Shown here piece by piece: positions 16,712 to 37,177 of a stretch of DNA of 64,000 nucleotides. How positions within the stretch are numbered: position 1 is the stretch's first letter; each line of letters begins with the position of its first letter. The notes below the pieces were generated by a model. It was given only the letters and a program-made list of their open reading frames with translations, was not told where the DNA came from and searched no databases. This DNA comes from Synechococcus sp. AG-679-C18 (lineage in GTDB: Bacteria > Cyanobacteriota > Cyanobacteriia > PCC-6307 > Cyanobiaceae). The stretch spans positions 196 to 64,195 of the forward strand of contig QCUL01000013.1 in assembly GCA_003210755.1 (NCBI GenBank), written 5' to 3'. The translations under genes and the position numbers were made by a program.

Positions 16712-17629
16712 TCAGGAATTCTTAGACAATTCAGCGGTGGTTCCAAGAACGATGGAGAAGAAGCCGCTGATGATTTCATCGCTGAGGTCAACATCGCTTC
16801 CAGGTCCAATCCATGCATTAACCGCTGTCCGAACCTCCTGATTGCCGTCCACGTATTCGGTCAGCATGCGGCCGATGGCCAAGTTGCTGTAATTCAGTAG
16901 GTGAGGGGTGGTGTTCGCGACGATGCAACCCAAGCCTGATCTGGCATAAGGGAAAGCGGGAACGAGATCTGAATCGGGTGCTGCGTCTTTAAGACTGGCC
17001 TTGAGCCAGAGAGTGTCACCACCAAGAAATTCAACGGTTCCGTCTTGAAGTCTTTCCAGAGCTTCTGCAGGGGTATTGAAGAACTGGAACTGGGCATCAT
17101 CAAGAGATTTCGCCAGAACGGCAGCCGCCGCACTGTCTTTGATGACACCGATCGTTTTGCCCTTGAGGCTGTCTGGAGTGCCGTCATTACCTTTGGGAGC
17201 CAAAACGCGCACACCGCTTGTCGCGAAGGGCAAGGTGTAGGTGAGTGTTCGTTGTCTCTCCCAACTGAAGGCAACGCCACAGGCAATATCTGCTTCTCCG
17301 GAACGAATCTTGTTGAGTCCATCCTGTGCTGACTGGACGGGAATGGGCTGAATGACGATGTCATCAGCTTTGTTTTCAGGAGCAGCTTTGAGGTGGTCCC
17401 GGATGGTGTCAAGAACCACAAAAGAGAGGCCGTCGTATTTGCCGTCGGTCTCGTTGACCATGGGAAGGGTTTGGCCAAGCACGACAGCTCTGAGCTTGCC
17501 GGATTCAAAGACGTTGCCGGTCTGAGCTGAGGAGGCCTTGTCCTCAGTTGGAACAGACTTCTGGCAGGCCACAAGCCCAGCAGAAGAGAGCGCGATCAGG
17601 CCAGTGGCGGCGGCTTGGAGCAAGCGCAT
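16712..17629 (-). CDS. family-3 extracellular solute-binding lipoprotein (amino-acid-type SBP), orphan
   Basis: 305 aa. Lipobox LVAC at residues 18-21. Periplasmic binding protein type 2 pattern (...DIACGVAFSWERQ...GVIKDSAAA...). No adjacent permease or ATPase genes. Confidence 0.8.
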   Translation of the reverse strand: MRLLQAAATGLIALSSAGLVACQKSVPTEDKASSAQTGNVFESGKLRAVVLGQTLPMVNETDGKYDGLSFVVLDTIRDHLKAAPENKADDIVIQPIPVQSAQDGLNKIRSGEADIACGVAFSWERQRTLTYTLPFATSGVRVLAPKGNDGTPDSLKGKTIGVIKDSAAAAVLAKSLDDAQFQFFNTPAEALERLQDGTVEFLGGDTLWLKASLKDAAPDSDLVPAFPYARSGLGCIVANTTPHLLNYSNLAIGRMLTEYVDGNQEVRTAVNAWIGPGSDVDLSDEIISGFFSIVLGTTAELSKNS

Positions 17630-17769
17630 GATCGTGATTTATTTCATGGTCTGAATGTATTAATAGTCACCGTTTTGATTTTGATACCAACCGATGCCTG
17701 AAATGCGCACGATTGGGATCAATGACCTAAGTACCACTGGGCTTTGGAGCTCAAAGGAGGTGATTGCTT

Positions 17770-17785
17770 CCTGGCGATCGCCAGG
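17770..17785. repeat. perfect 16-nt palindrome CCTGGCGATCGCCAGG centred on a HIP1 (GCGATCGC) core
   Basis: Read directly in the 700-bp ORF-free spacer between the SBP gene and the htrA-like gene. Confidence 0.5.
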
Positions 17786-18322
17786 TCTCTTGATGACTTA
17801 AAAGATGTTGGTTAACCAAGAATTTTTTAGTGAACATATTTAGGCGCTAATCAGATTCGTGACCGCTGTGACTTCAAGTATCTCTACGACTGAAAGTCAT
17901 CTTGTCGCCGGTATCTGTAACTTCTTTTCGGCAAGAGGCAGGAGGGTTTAGTGGTCCTAGGAGGTTGATCGATTTTGTGATGTGCTCCCCTCTGAAGCAA
18001 GTTTCAAAAACAGTGTGACCTCCTGCTACTAATCGATGCGATGGTAAGCACCGCAAAAGTGGAGCTTGGAATTGGATGCGCTGGATCCTCTTTGCAATCT
18101 TTTTGAGTAATGGAAATGATTGCTAGCAATGAAGACTGATTGAGATTTGACCACCTGCGTCTGTGTGGAAGTAACCAATGATGAAAGGACTTTTTGGTTT
18201 AACAAGCGGGCTTGAGAGTTGATTCCAGGAGGAGACCTTTTTATAAGTGAACAAATATATCCTCGATGACTTCCTCTGATTGCTTGAGCAAGGTCACTAG
18301 CGTGTCAGAACAAATGCTTTGA

Positions 18323-19471
<1,149 letters not shown>

Positions 19472-19508
19472 AACCTCTTGCTACGGTCTCGCCGTCTGTA
19501 GCTGATCG

Positions 19509-20225
19509 ATGACGGATCTCCAAACTCAAATGAAGCAAGCCGTCGCGGAGGCGGCTGTAGCGCAGATTGGCGACGGGATGGTAATCGGCCTTGGTTCGGG
19601 CTCAACTGCTGCACTCATGATTCAAGGACTAGGGGCTCGACTGGCATCAGGGCAGCTCCACAACATTGTTGGAGTCACAACGTCCTTTCAAGGGGAAGTC
19701 CTTGCCGCTGAGTTTGGGATCCCCTTGCGTGACTTGAACGCGATCGAACGAATCGATTTGGCGATTGATGGAGCTGATGAAGTGGACCCCTCCTTTCAAT
19801 TGATCAAAGGTGGAGGAGCCTGCCATGTCCAGGAAAAGCTTGTCGCTGACAGGGCAGATCGTTTCATTGTCGTGGTTGATTCCACGAAGCTTGTTGAGCG
19901 TTTAAACCTGGACTTTCTTTTGCCGGTTGAAGTGCTTCCAGGCGCATGGGTGCAGGTTCGATCCCGTTTGAAAGGAATGGGGGGCGTCGCAGAACTCAGA
20001 ATGGCGACGCGAAAGGCAGGACCTGTCGTAACTGATCAGGGCAATCTTGTGTTGGATGTGAAATTTGAGGCTGGGATCTCGGATCCGATTGCCCTGGAGC
20101 GTGATATCAACAATCTCCCAGGTGTTTTAGAAAATGGACTCTTTGTCAACCTTGCTGATGAAGTTTTAGTGGGGGAAATCAAAGATGGCATTGCTGGCGT
20201 CCGCAAGATGGAGCGGCTTGTTTAA
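19509..20225 (+). CDS. rpiA: ribose-5-phosphate isomerase A
   Basis: 238 aa. [15 protein letters not shown] and KGGGACH motifs. Confidence 0.9.
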   Translation: MTDLQTQMKQAVAEAAVAQIGDGMVIGLGSGSTAALMIQGLGARLASGQLHNIVGVTTSFQGEVLAAEFGIPLRDLNAIERIDLAIDGADEVDPSFQLIKGGGACHVQEKLVADRADRFIVVVDSTKLVERLNLDFLLPVEVLPGAWVQVRSRLKGMGGVAELRMATRKAGPVVTDQGNLVLDVKFEAGISDPIALERDINNLPGVLENGLFVNLADEVLVGEIKDGIAGVRKMERLV

Positions 20226-20231
20226 CCCCAC

Positions 20232-21962
<1,731 letters not shown>

Positions 21963-22012
21963 TTTCCTTCCGACACAATGGGGCTTGAAGGCGCGTTTCA
22001 GGCCCTGATCTG

Positions 22013-22798
22013 ATGTCCACCCCAACTTTGATAGACAGTCACTGTCACATTGTTTTCCGCACATTTGAGGATGACCTCGATGAGGTCGCTTCTCGTTGGC
22101 GAGATGCGGGAGTCACGTCTTTGTTGCATGCCTGCGTTGAGCCATCGGAAATTCCAGCAATAAGAGCATTAGCTGACCGTTTCCCAGAGATGCGTTATTC
22201 CGTTGGAGTTCATCCACTCGATACGGAGCATTGGGCAGACGACACGGTTGGTATCTTGCGCGATGCTGCTGGCGATGATTCTCGCGTCGTTGCGATTGGG
22301 GAACTAGGTCTGGATCTCTTCCGTGACAAGAATCTTGCCCAGCAGTTGTCAGTCTTGAGGCCTCAACTTGATCTCGCTGTAGAGCTGGATCTACCAGTGA
22401 TCATTCACTGCCGTGACGCAGCTGAGCCGATGATTGCAGAACTTCGTGAGAGAAAACCCAGCGGCAATTGCCCTCGAGGAGTCATGCATTGTTGGGGTGG
22501 TACTCCTTCGGAAATGGAGGCCTTTCTCGATCTGGGCCTCTACATCAGCTTCAGTGGCACGGTTACGTTCCCGAAAGCCTTAGACACACACACTTGTGCC
22601 AAAGAAGTGCCACAAGACCGATTTCTTGTTGAAACCGATTGTCCATTTCTTGCTCCAGTCCCTCGACGCGGCAAGAGGAATGAACCAGCGTTTGTGGCCT
22701 CCGTTGCTCAACGCGTTGCCGAACTGAGGGAACAGTCCGTGATGGATGTGGCCGAGGCCAGCACTGCCAATGCCAGAAGATTGTTCGCGCTTCCCTGA
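22013..22798 (+). CDS. tatD: TatD-family metal-dependent hydrolase
   Basis: 261 aa. DSHCH start motif, GELGLD, IHCRDA, ETDCPFLAP. Confidence 0.85.
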   Translation: MSTPTLIDSHCHIVFRTFEDDLDEVASRWRDAGVTSLLHACVEPSEIPAIRALADRFPEMRYSVGVHPLDTEHWADDTVGILRDAAGDDSRVVAIGELGLDLFRDKNLAQQLSVLRPQLDLAVELDLPVIIHCRDAAEPMIAELRERKPSGNCPRGVMHCWGGTPSEMEAFLDLGLYISFSGTVTFPKALDTHTCAKEVPQDRFLVETDCPFLAPVPRRGKRNEPAFVASVAQRVAELREQSVMDVAEASTANARRLFALP

Positions 22799-22848
22799 CA
22801 AAAGCTCCATAAAAGACATGATGAAAGTGTAAGATGTTAAACCGGCCT

Positions 22849-22877
22849 GGCCAAAGCACAGTTTCTGTGCTTTGGCC
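22849..22877 (+). terminator. perfect 13-bp stem / 3-nt loop hairpin downstream of tatD (candidate terminator or RNA-stability element; no U-tract)
   Basis: GGCCAAAGCACAG-ttt-CTGTGCTTTGGCC read directly. Begins 51 nt after the last base of the tatD ORF (22798) and ends 190 nt before the rpoB start. Confidence 0.3.
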
Positions 22878-23067
22878 CCAGAAGCGTCCATTTCCTTCCG
22901 GTGCATTGACGACGTCAGTTATTCAGACCAAAAACCTCTAAGGCCCCGGAGTACGGCAGTCAATCCTTGATTGGGGTGGCTGTCGCTTCTTGTGTTGAAG
23001 AGATTTTTCGTGAATATCTAACGATCTCTCAGGCCTTTGTTCCCACTTTTCAACTGCAGGTCTCCGC

Positions 23068-26000
23068 ATGAGCAGCAGCGCGATTCAAGTCGCCAAGACC
23101 GTCACTTATCTTCCCGATCTAGTCGAGGTGCAGCGGGCAAGTTTTAAGTGGTTTCTTGACAAGGGGCTGATCGAGGAGCTGGAGAGTTTTTCTCCTATTA
23201 CGGATTACACAGGCAAGCTTGAGCTGCACTTCGTAGGAAGCGAGTATCGACTAAAGCGTCCACGTCACGATGTGGAAGAGGCCAAGCGCAGAGATGCGAC
23301 TTTTGCTTCTCAAATGTATGTGACTTGCCGATTAGTTAACAAAGAGACTGGAGAAATAAAAGAGCAGGAAGTTTTTATTGGAGAACTTCCATTAATGACT
23401 GAACGTGGAACGTTCATCATTAATGGTGCTGAGCGGGTCATCGTTAATCAGATCGTTCGTAGCCCTGGCGTTTATTTCAAGGATGAGCAGGATAAAAACG
23501 GTCGTCGTACTTACAACGCAAGCGTGATCCCCAATCGTGGTGCTTGGTTGAAGTTTGAAACGGATAAAAACGACCTGCTGCACGTTCGTGTCGACAAAAC
23601 ACGCAAGATCAATGCCCACGTTTTGATGCGTGCGATGGGACTATCCGATAACGATGTTGTCGACAAGCTCAGGCATCCCGAGTACTACAAAAAATCGATT
23701 GAGGCCGCGAACGATGAGGGTATTAGTTCTGAGGATCAGGCGCTCCTGGAGCTCTATAAGAAGCTGCGTCCAGGTGAACCACCCTCTGTAAGCGGTGGCC
23801 AACAGCTCTTGCAGACCCGTTTCTTTGACCCCAAGCGTTATGACCTTGGTCGTGTAGGCCGCTACAAGATCAATAAAAAGTTGCGGCTCACGATTCCCGA
23901 TTCGGTCCGGACCCTCACCCATGAGGATGTGTTGTCCACCCTCGACTACCTCATCAACCTCGAGCTTGATGTCGGTGGAGCAAGTCTTGACGACATTGAT
24001 CATCTAGGGAATCGTCGGGTTCGCTCTGTGGGAGAGCTTCTTCAGAACCAGGTTCGCGTTGGCTTGAACCGGCTTGAGCGGATCATCAAGGAGCGAATGA
24101 CAGTTGGTGAAACCGACTCACTAACTCCTGCTCAATTGGTGAATCCCAAGCCACTTGTGGCGGCGATTAAGGAGTTCTTCGGCTCCAGCCAGTTGAGCCA
24201 GTTCATGGATCAGACCAATCCCCTCGCTGAGCTCACCCACAAACGCAGGATTTCGGCTCTCGGCCCAGGCGGTCTCACCCGTGAACGAGCAGGCTTTGCT
24301 GTTCGAGATATTCACCCTTCGCATTACGGCCGTCTTTGCCCAATTGAGACCCCAGAAGGTCCAAACGCTGGTTTGATTAATTCGCTTGCCACGCATGCCA
24401 GGGTGAATGAATACGGCTTTATTGAGACCCCATTCTGGAAAGTTGAGAATGGTGTGGTTCAAAAGAGTGGAGATCCGATCTACCTCTCTGCAGACCTTGA
24501 AGATGAATGCCGTGTCGCACCTGGTGATGTTGCGACTGATTCTGGTGGCCAAATCTTGGCCGAGCTCATACCAGTTCGTTATCGACAGGATTTCGAAAAA
24601 GTGCCTCCAGAGCAAGTCGATTATGTGCAGCTGTCACCGGTTCAAGTGATATCTGTAGCGACATCGCTGATTCCCTTCCTGGAGCATGACGACGCGAACC
24701 GCGCTCTGATGGGATCCAACATGCAGCGCCAGGCGGTGCCCCTGCTAAGGCCTGAAAGACCACTGGTTGGCACTGGCCTAGAAACTCAAGTGGCCCGTGA
24801 TTCAGGCATGGTCCCCATTTCACGGGTGAATGGCTCCGTCACCTTCGTTGATGCCACGGCGATTGTGGTGCGTGATGAAGAAGGCTTTGATCACACCCAT
24901 TTCCTTCAGAAATACCAACGTTCCAATCAAGACACTTGTCTCAACCAGCGCCCCATCGTTCGACAGGGTGATCCAGTGATCATCGGGCAAGTTCTTGCTG
25001 ATGGTTCAGCTTGTGAAGGCGGAGAAATTGCTCTTGGCCAGAATGTTCTGATCGCCTACATGCCCTGGGAGGGATACAACTACGAGGATGCCATCCTTGT
25101 AAGTGAGCGTTTAGTTAATGACGATCTTTATACTTCTGTTCATATCGAAAAATATGAGATTGAGGCTCGTCAGACTAAATTAGGGCCTGAAGAGATCACC
25201 CGTGAAATCCCCAATGTTGCCGAAGAAAGCCTCGGCAATCTTGATGAGATGGGGATTATTCGTATTGGTGCCTTCGTAGAGAGTGGAGACATTCTTGTCG
25301 GAAAAGTCACGCCGAAAGGTGAGTCGGATCAACCCCCCGAAGAAAAACTGCTGCGTGCGATTTTCGGTGAGAAAGCCCGTGATGTTCGCGACAATTCTTT
25401 GCGAGTTCCCAGCACTGAACGTGGTCGTGTTGTTGACGTAAGGATCTACACCCGTGAACAGGGTGATGAGCTTCCCCCTGGTGCCAACATGGTCGTGAGA
25501 GTATATGTGGCTCAGCGTCGCAAAATTCAGGTTGGCGACAAAATGGCTGGTCGCCACGGCAATAAGGGCATCATCAGTCGCATTCTTCCCCGTGAAGACA
25601 TGCCTTACTTGCCTGATGGCACACCAGTTGACATCTGTCTAAATCCCTTGGGTGTGCCAAGTCGTATGAATGTGGGACAGGTCTTTGAGTTGTTAATGGG
25701 TTGGGCGGCTGCCAATCTCGATTGCCGCGTGAAAATCGTTCCATTCGACGAGATGTATGGTCCTGAGAAGTCCCAACAAACAGTTCAGGCATACCTCAAG
25801 GAAGCGGCGAGTCAGCCAGGAAAAGATTGGATTTACAACCCTGAAGATCCAGGAAAACTCCTGCTACGCGATGGACGGACTGGCGAACCCTTTGACCAAC
25901 CTGTGGCGGTTGGATATTCCCACTTCCTGAAGTTGGTACACCTCGTGGACGACAAGATTCATGCGCGTTCCACTGGCCCTTACTCCTTGGTGACTCAGCA

Positions 26001-26361
26001 GCCATTGGGTGGTAAAGCCCAGCAAGGCGGCCAGCGTTTGGGTGAAATGGAGGTGTGGGCGCTTGAGGCTTACGGCGCCGCTTACACGCTGCAAGAATTG
26101 CTCACGGTTAAGTCGGACGATATGCAGGGACGCAACGAAGCTCTTAATGCCATCGTGAAAGGCAAGCCCATTCCCCGTCCTGGAACCCCCGAGTCGTTCA
26201 AGGTGCTGATGCGTGAACTCCAATCTCTGGGCCTGGATATCGCTGTATTCACCGATGAGGGCAAGGAAGTTGACCTGATGCAAGACGTGAATCCACGTCG
26301 TAGTACCCCAAGCAGACCCACGTACGAATCCTTAGGCGTCGCGGATTACGACGAGGACTGA
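23068..26361 (+). CDS. rpoB: DNA-directed RNA polymerase subunit beta
   Basis: 1097 aa with canonical beta motifs throughout (e.g. [24 protein letters not shown]). Confidence 0.98.
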   Translation: MSSSAIQVAKTVTYLPDLVEVQRASFKWFLDKGLIEELESFSPITDYTGKLELHFVGSEYRLKRPRHDVEEAKRRDATFASQMYVTCRLVNKETGEIKEQEVFIGELPLMTERGTFIINGAERVIVNQIVRSPGVYFKDEQDKNGRRTYNASVIPNRGAWLKFETDKNDLLHVRVDKTRKINAHVLMRAMGLSDNDVVDKLRHPEYYKKSIEAANDEGISSEDQALLELYKKLRPGEPPSVSGGQQLLQTRFFDPKRYDLGRVGRYKINKKLRLTIPDSVRTLTHEDVLSTLDYLINLELDVGGASLDDIDHLGNRRVRSVGELLQNQVRVGLNRLERIIKERMTVGETDSLTPAQLVNPKPLVAAIKEFFGSSQLSQFMDQTNPLAELTHKRRISALGPGGLTRERAGFAVRDIHPSHYGRLCPIETPEGPNAGLINSLATHARVNEYGFIETPFWKVENGVVQKSGDPIYLSADLEDECRVAPGDVATDSGGQILAELIPVRYRQDFEKVPPEQVDYVQLSPVQVISVATSLIPFLEHDDANRALMGSNMQRQAVPLLRPERPLVGTGLETQVARDSGMVPISRVNGSVTFVDATAIVVRDEEGFDHTHFLQKYQRSNQDTCLNQRPIVRQGDPVIIGQVLADGSACEGGEIALGQNVLIAYMPWEGYNYEDAILVSERLVNDDLYTSVHIEKYEIEARQTKLGPEEITREIPNVAEESLGNLDEMGIIRIGAFVESGDILVGKVTPKGESDQPPEEKLLRAIFGEKARDVRDNSLRVPSTERGRVVDVRIYTREQGDELPPGANMVVRVYVAQRRKIQVGDKMAGRHGNKGIISRILPREDMPYLPDGTPVDICLNPLGVPSRMNVGQVFELLMGWAAANLDCRVKIVPFDEMYGPEKSQQTVQAYLKEAASQPGKDWIYNPEDPGKLLLRDGRTGEPFDQPVAVGYSHFLKLVHLVDDKIHARSTGPYSLVTQQPLGGKAQQGGQRLGEMEVWALEAYGAAYTLQELLTVKSDDMQGRNEALNAIVKGKPIPRPGTPESFKVLMRELQSLGLDIAVFTDEGKEVDLMQDVNPRRSTPSRPTYESLGVADYDED

Positions 26362-26408
26362 CGGATCAACGAACGAAACGACACAACCGCCTTCATTCTC
26401 AAACGTCA

Positions 26409-32461
<6,053 letters not shown>

Positions 32462-32483
32462 TCTCTCCTTGCTGTCCCGATGA

Positions 32484-33718
<1,235 letters not shown>

Positions 33719-33742
33719 GAGAGACTGCAGGTATTGACTTGA

Positions 33743-35515
33743 TTGGATCAGATGGCACCAATCGATTGGTTTCTGCTGGTCTTTTATTTAGTAGGAACGT
33801 TAGTTCTCGGGCTTTGGCTGGCTCGCCGTAATCGGGGAGAAGAGGACTACTTCGTGGCCGGGCGCAGCCTTAGCGGTTGGCTTGCGGGCGCCTCAATGGC
33901 TGCCACCACCTTTTCCATCGACACACCGTTGTACGTGGCGGGTTTGGTGGGAACCAGAGGACTAGCGGCGAATTGGGAGTGGTGGGGTTTTGGTCTGGCT
34001 CACGTGGCGATGGCTGTGGTGTTTGCTCCTCTCTGGCGCCGCAGCGGTGTGATGACAGATGCCGCTTTCACTGAACTTCGTTATGGAGGATTAACAGCGG
34101 CTTGGCTGAGGGGGACTAAGGCATTTCTGCTCGCTCTTCCGATCAACTGCATTGGAATCGGCTACGCGTTCTTAGCAATGCGAAAAGTAGTGCAAGCCCT
34201 TGGGATTGTGTCCGATCGACCTGTTCCAGCACTGGGTGGTCTTCCTGACACGGTGCTTTTGCTGATGATCGTCGCAGCTTTGGTCCTCGTATACACGGTG
34301 GCTGGCGGCCTTTGGGCTGTTGTGGTTACTGATTTCGTGCAACTGATTTTGGCGATGCTGGGGGCACTGGCCGTGGCTTGGGCTGCGATCCGTGCAGCAG
34401 GTGGAATGGAGGCACTGCTTGCAAGCCTTAATGATTTGGGCCGTCCAGAAGTGTTGTCGCTTGTTCCTTGGCGCTGGACCAGTTCTGGATTTGATTGGAT
34501 TGGAGGCGCGGGTATCAGTGCCTCCACTTTTTTGGCTTATCTCACGGTGCAGTGGTGGAGTTTTCGACGAAGTGATGGCGGAGGTGAATTCATCCAACGG
34601 ATGCTCGCAACCCGTGATGAACGTCAGGCGCGACTGGCGGGCTGGGTGTTTTTGGTGGTTAATTATCTGCTGCGCAGCTGGTTGTGGGTCCTGGTGGCAC
34701 TTGCGGCCCTGGTGTTGCTGCCAGATCAGGCCGACTGGGAATTGAGCTATCCGGCCCTTGCTGTGGCCTATCTACCTCCAGTTGTCCTAGGGCTTGTGGT
34801 GGTTTCATTAGTTGCCGCGTTCATGAGCACAGTCAGCACCTCGGTGAACTGGGGTGCTAGTTATCTCACTCATGATCTTTACCAGAGATTCCTTAGGCCT
34901 AACGCCGCCCAGCAGGAGTTGCTGTTGGTGGGGCAGGCAACCAGTGTTCTTTTGCTGGTCCTTGGGGTGCTGACGGCGTTAATCAGCGACAGCATTGGCA
35001 CTGTTTTTCGATTGGTAATCGCGATTGGGACGGGGCCAGGTGTTGTTCTGGTGCTGCGTTGGTTCTGGTGGCGCATCAATGCTGCTGCAGAGCTTTCTTC
35101 AATGGTTTGTGGATTTTTTGTTGGCTTGGTGACTTCTGTTGTTCCCCTTCTTCAGATCTCGGACTACGGACTCAGGTTGATGGTTACCACCGCAATCACT
35201 GCCGTCGTTTGGGTAGTGGTGATGTTGATAACTCCCCCTGAGTCAGCTGAGGTGCTTGAGCGGTTCGTGCAGCAAGTCCAGCCCCCAGGGCCAGGGTGGA
35301 GGCGCTGGCGTCTTCGCTGTCAGGTTGAGGCTTCTGAATCACTGCGAGATCTAGTGATCAGGTTTGTGCTGAGTAGTTGTGTTCTGTTTGGTGCGCTGCT
35401 CGGCTCGGGCGCGTTTCTTCTGCACCAGCAACTTATTGGTTGGTCAGGCTTAATACTTGCTGTTATTTGCCTCTCACTTCTCTGGCGAGGTCGTCACAGT
35501 CGTCTTGCTGTTTGA
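33743..35515 (+). CDS. sodium:solute symporter (SSS) family transporter
   Basis: 590 aa, about 13-14 TM segments. N-terminal ...EDYFVAGRSLSGWLAGASMAATTFS... is typical of SSS. Confidence 0.8.
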   Translation: MDQMAPIDWFLLVFYLVGTLVLGLWLARRNRGEEDYFVAGRSLSGWLAGASMAATTFSIDTPLYVAGLVGTRGLAANWEWWGFGLAHVAMAVVFAPLWRRSGVMTDAAFTELRYGGLTAAWLRGTKAFLLALPINCIGIGYAFLAMRKVVQALGIVSDRPVPALGGLPDTVLLLMIVAALVLVYTVAGGLWAVVVTDFVQLILAMLGALAVAWAAIRAAGGMEALLASLNDLGRPEVLSLVPWRWTSSGFDWIGGAGISASTFLAYLTVQWWSFRRSDGGGEFIQRMLATRDERQARLAGWVFLVVNYLLRSWLWVLVALAALVLLPDQADWELSYPALAVAYLPPVVLGLVVVSLVAAFMSTVSTSVNWGASYLTHDLYQRFLRPNAAQQELLLVGQATSVLLLVLGVLTALISDSIGTVFRLVIAIGTGPGVVLVLRWFWWRINAAAELSSMVCGFFVGLVTSVVPLLQISDYGLRLMVTTAITAVVWVVVMLITPPESAEVLERFVQQVQPPGPGWRRWRLRCQVEASESLRDLVIRFVLSSCVLFGALLGSGAFLLHQQLIGWSGLILAVICLSLLWRGRHSRLAV

Positions 35516-35547
35516 TCAGCATCCACAATGGTTTGAAAACAGTAACA

Positions 35548-35673
35548 GTGAGTTTTTTTCGCAGCACCATCCTTCCTATTCTGATAGTGGCTTTGTTTGG
35601 CCTTGCTCTTTTTGCGGTGAGCGCACGTATCTGGCTGCCTGGAGACATGCTTGCTCCAGCACCGATCGGTTGA
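35548..35673 (+). CDS. candidate single-TM micro-protein (41 aa)
   Basis: GTG start within ORF 35377..35673: (M)SFFRSTILPILIVALFGLALFAVSARIWLPGDMLAPAPIG. Fills the spacer between the transporter and the HEAT-repeat gene. No family recognised. Confidence 0.25.
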   Translation: MSFFRSTILPILIVALFGLALFAVSARIWLPGDMLAPAPIG

Positions 35674-35697
35674 CCTGCTACTTCTACGATCACTTTC

Positions 35698-36507
35698 ATG
35701 ACCGATCGTTTGCCACTGGATCGTGAACAACGGCTGGCCAATCTGGCCATTGATCCTGACGTGCTTGCTCGTGAGCTTGAAGCTGAAGAGGTTGGTGATC
35801 CATTCGACGATATCGACATCGATGATCCAGAACAGGATGCTTTAAACGCCATTCGTCAGTGTGATGAGGCCCTGAGTTGGTTGCAGCAGGGGCATGAACA
35901 GCGTCTTCAAGGTTTACGTGTGTTTTGTGAGCATCGGGATCCTCGGTCGGTCCCGCTGCTTCTGCCTCTGTTAGAGGAGGTTTGCCCGGTAGTGCGCATG
36001 AGCGCTGTGTACGCCCTCGGCCGTAATCCTTCCCCCCCTGCTGTTGGCCCACTCCTGAGGTTGCTTCAGGATGACAGCAATGCCTATGTGCGTAAGGCCA
36101 CGGCCTGGAGTCTTGGAAATTATCCGGATGCGCCAATTCTGAATCCCTTGATTCGTGCTCTACAGACGGATGTTGCCGCTGTTCGTTTGTGGGCTTCAGT
36201 TTCACTTGCAGAAGCTGGAATCACATCAGCGGCAAAAGCAGATCCAGCAGCAGGTCAATTGCTCATAAGCCTTCGCATTGATAGTGAATCTGTGGTGCGT
36301 AGTAATTGCATTTGGGCGTTAGGTCGGCTGCTCGATCATCTCGTTGAGCCTCGTCGCGTTGAGGTCATTGAGGTGTTTGTCCGGGCACTCTTGCAAGATC
36401 GTGAGAGGTCGGTTCAAGACGAGGCCCGCACTGCTCTTGAGCAGATGGAATCTCCCGATGTTTTGGATCGACTTCAAACCTTGATGGACGAGGGATTGCT
36501 TGGTTAA
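35698..36507 (+). CDS. HEAT-repeat (PBS-lyase-type repeat) protein
   Basis: 269 aa. Repeated ..VR..A..ALG.......PLL..L.D.. units (VRMSAVYALGRN, VRKATAWSLGNY, VRLWASVSLAE, VRSNCIWALGRL). Confidence 0.75.
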   Translation: MTDRLPLDREQRLANLAIDPDVLARELEAEEVGDPFDDIDIDDPEQDALNAIRQCDEALSWLQQGHEQRLQGLRVFCEHRDPRSVPLLLPLLEEVCPVVRMSAVYALGRNPSPPAVGPLLRLLQDDSNAYVRKATAWSLGNYPDAPILNPLIRALQTDVAAVRLWASVSLAEAGITSAAKADPAAGQLLISLRIDSESVVRSNCIWALGRLLDHLVEPRRVEVIEVFVRALLQDRERSVQDEARTALEQMESPDVLDRLQTLMDEGLLG

Positions 36508-36581
36508 CAGGACGACGTAACAAGAAGCCCATCAGCTTCGCGTTCTCGCCTTTAACATCTGCTCATTGTTGGTTGTGGTGC

Positions 36582-36785
36582 ATGCCTCAGCGCACGCTTC
36601 GTTTCCGAATTCGTCCCGACGGCCGCGTCGAAGAGCACGTGGAAGGTGTTGAAGGTGACGATTGTCTTCTACTTACTGAACATTTGGAAGCAGTCCTAGG
36701 CACGGTGGAACGCCGCCAGCCAACTTCTGACGCCTACATCACAACCCAAACCCAGACCCAGTCACAGTTCGTGGAGCCCTCTTGA
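36582..36785 (+). CDS. DUF2997-like small protein
   Basis: MPQRTLRFRIRPDGRVEEHVEGVEGDDCLLLTEHLE... Family from memory. Its stop overlaps the next start (TGATG). Confidence 0.6.
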   Translation: MPQRTLRFRIRPDGRVEEHVEGVEGDDCLLLTEHLEAVLGTVERRQPTSDAYITTQTQTQSQFVEPS

Positions 36786-37177
36786 TGTCCCATTTCAGCA
36801 CCGTTAAAACAGAACTCCGCCAGCGTGAGTCCTTAGTTTCCGCTCTTCAAGATCTTGGTTACGAGCCGCATCAGGGCGGCCATCCCGTCAGGGGTTATCG
36901 AGGTCAGACAGTGGAAGCTGAGCTGGCTGTCACCCTTCAGGACAGTGCGGATTTTGGTTTTCTTTGGAATGAAACCAATGCTGCCTATGAGTTTGTGACC
37001 GATCTTGATTTGTGGCGCCAACCAATGCCGATTGAACGTTTCTTGTCTCGTCTGACTCAACGCTATGCACTCAATACCGTGTTGAAGGCGTCCGTGAACG
37101 AGGGCTTTGACGTTGCCGAGCAACGTGATTGTCAGGATGGATCGATCGAGCTGGTTGTTACAAGGTGGGATGCCTGA
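36785..37177 (+). CDS. DUF1257 (Ycf35-like) protein
   Basis: MSHFSTVKTELRQRESLVSALQDLGY... Family from memory. Sits between DUF2997 and a ferredoxin-domain gene. Confidence 0.65.
   Translation: MSHFSTVKTELRQRESLVSALQDLGYEPHQGGHPVRGYRGQTVEAELAVTLQDSADFGFLWNETNAAYEFVTDLDLWRQPMPIERFLSRLTQRYALNTVLKASVNEGFDVAEQRDCQDGSIELVVTRWDA

Noticed and set aside
17656-17669. GTG-N8-TAC near-NtcA box (GTGACTATTAATAC on the minus strand) upstream of the SBP gene
   Set aside because: It lies only about 27 nt from the annotated ATG. That leaves no room for the N22 spacer, a -10 box and a leader, and the first half-site is non-consensus.
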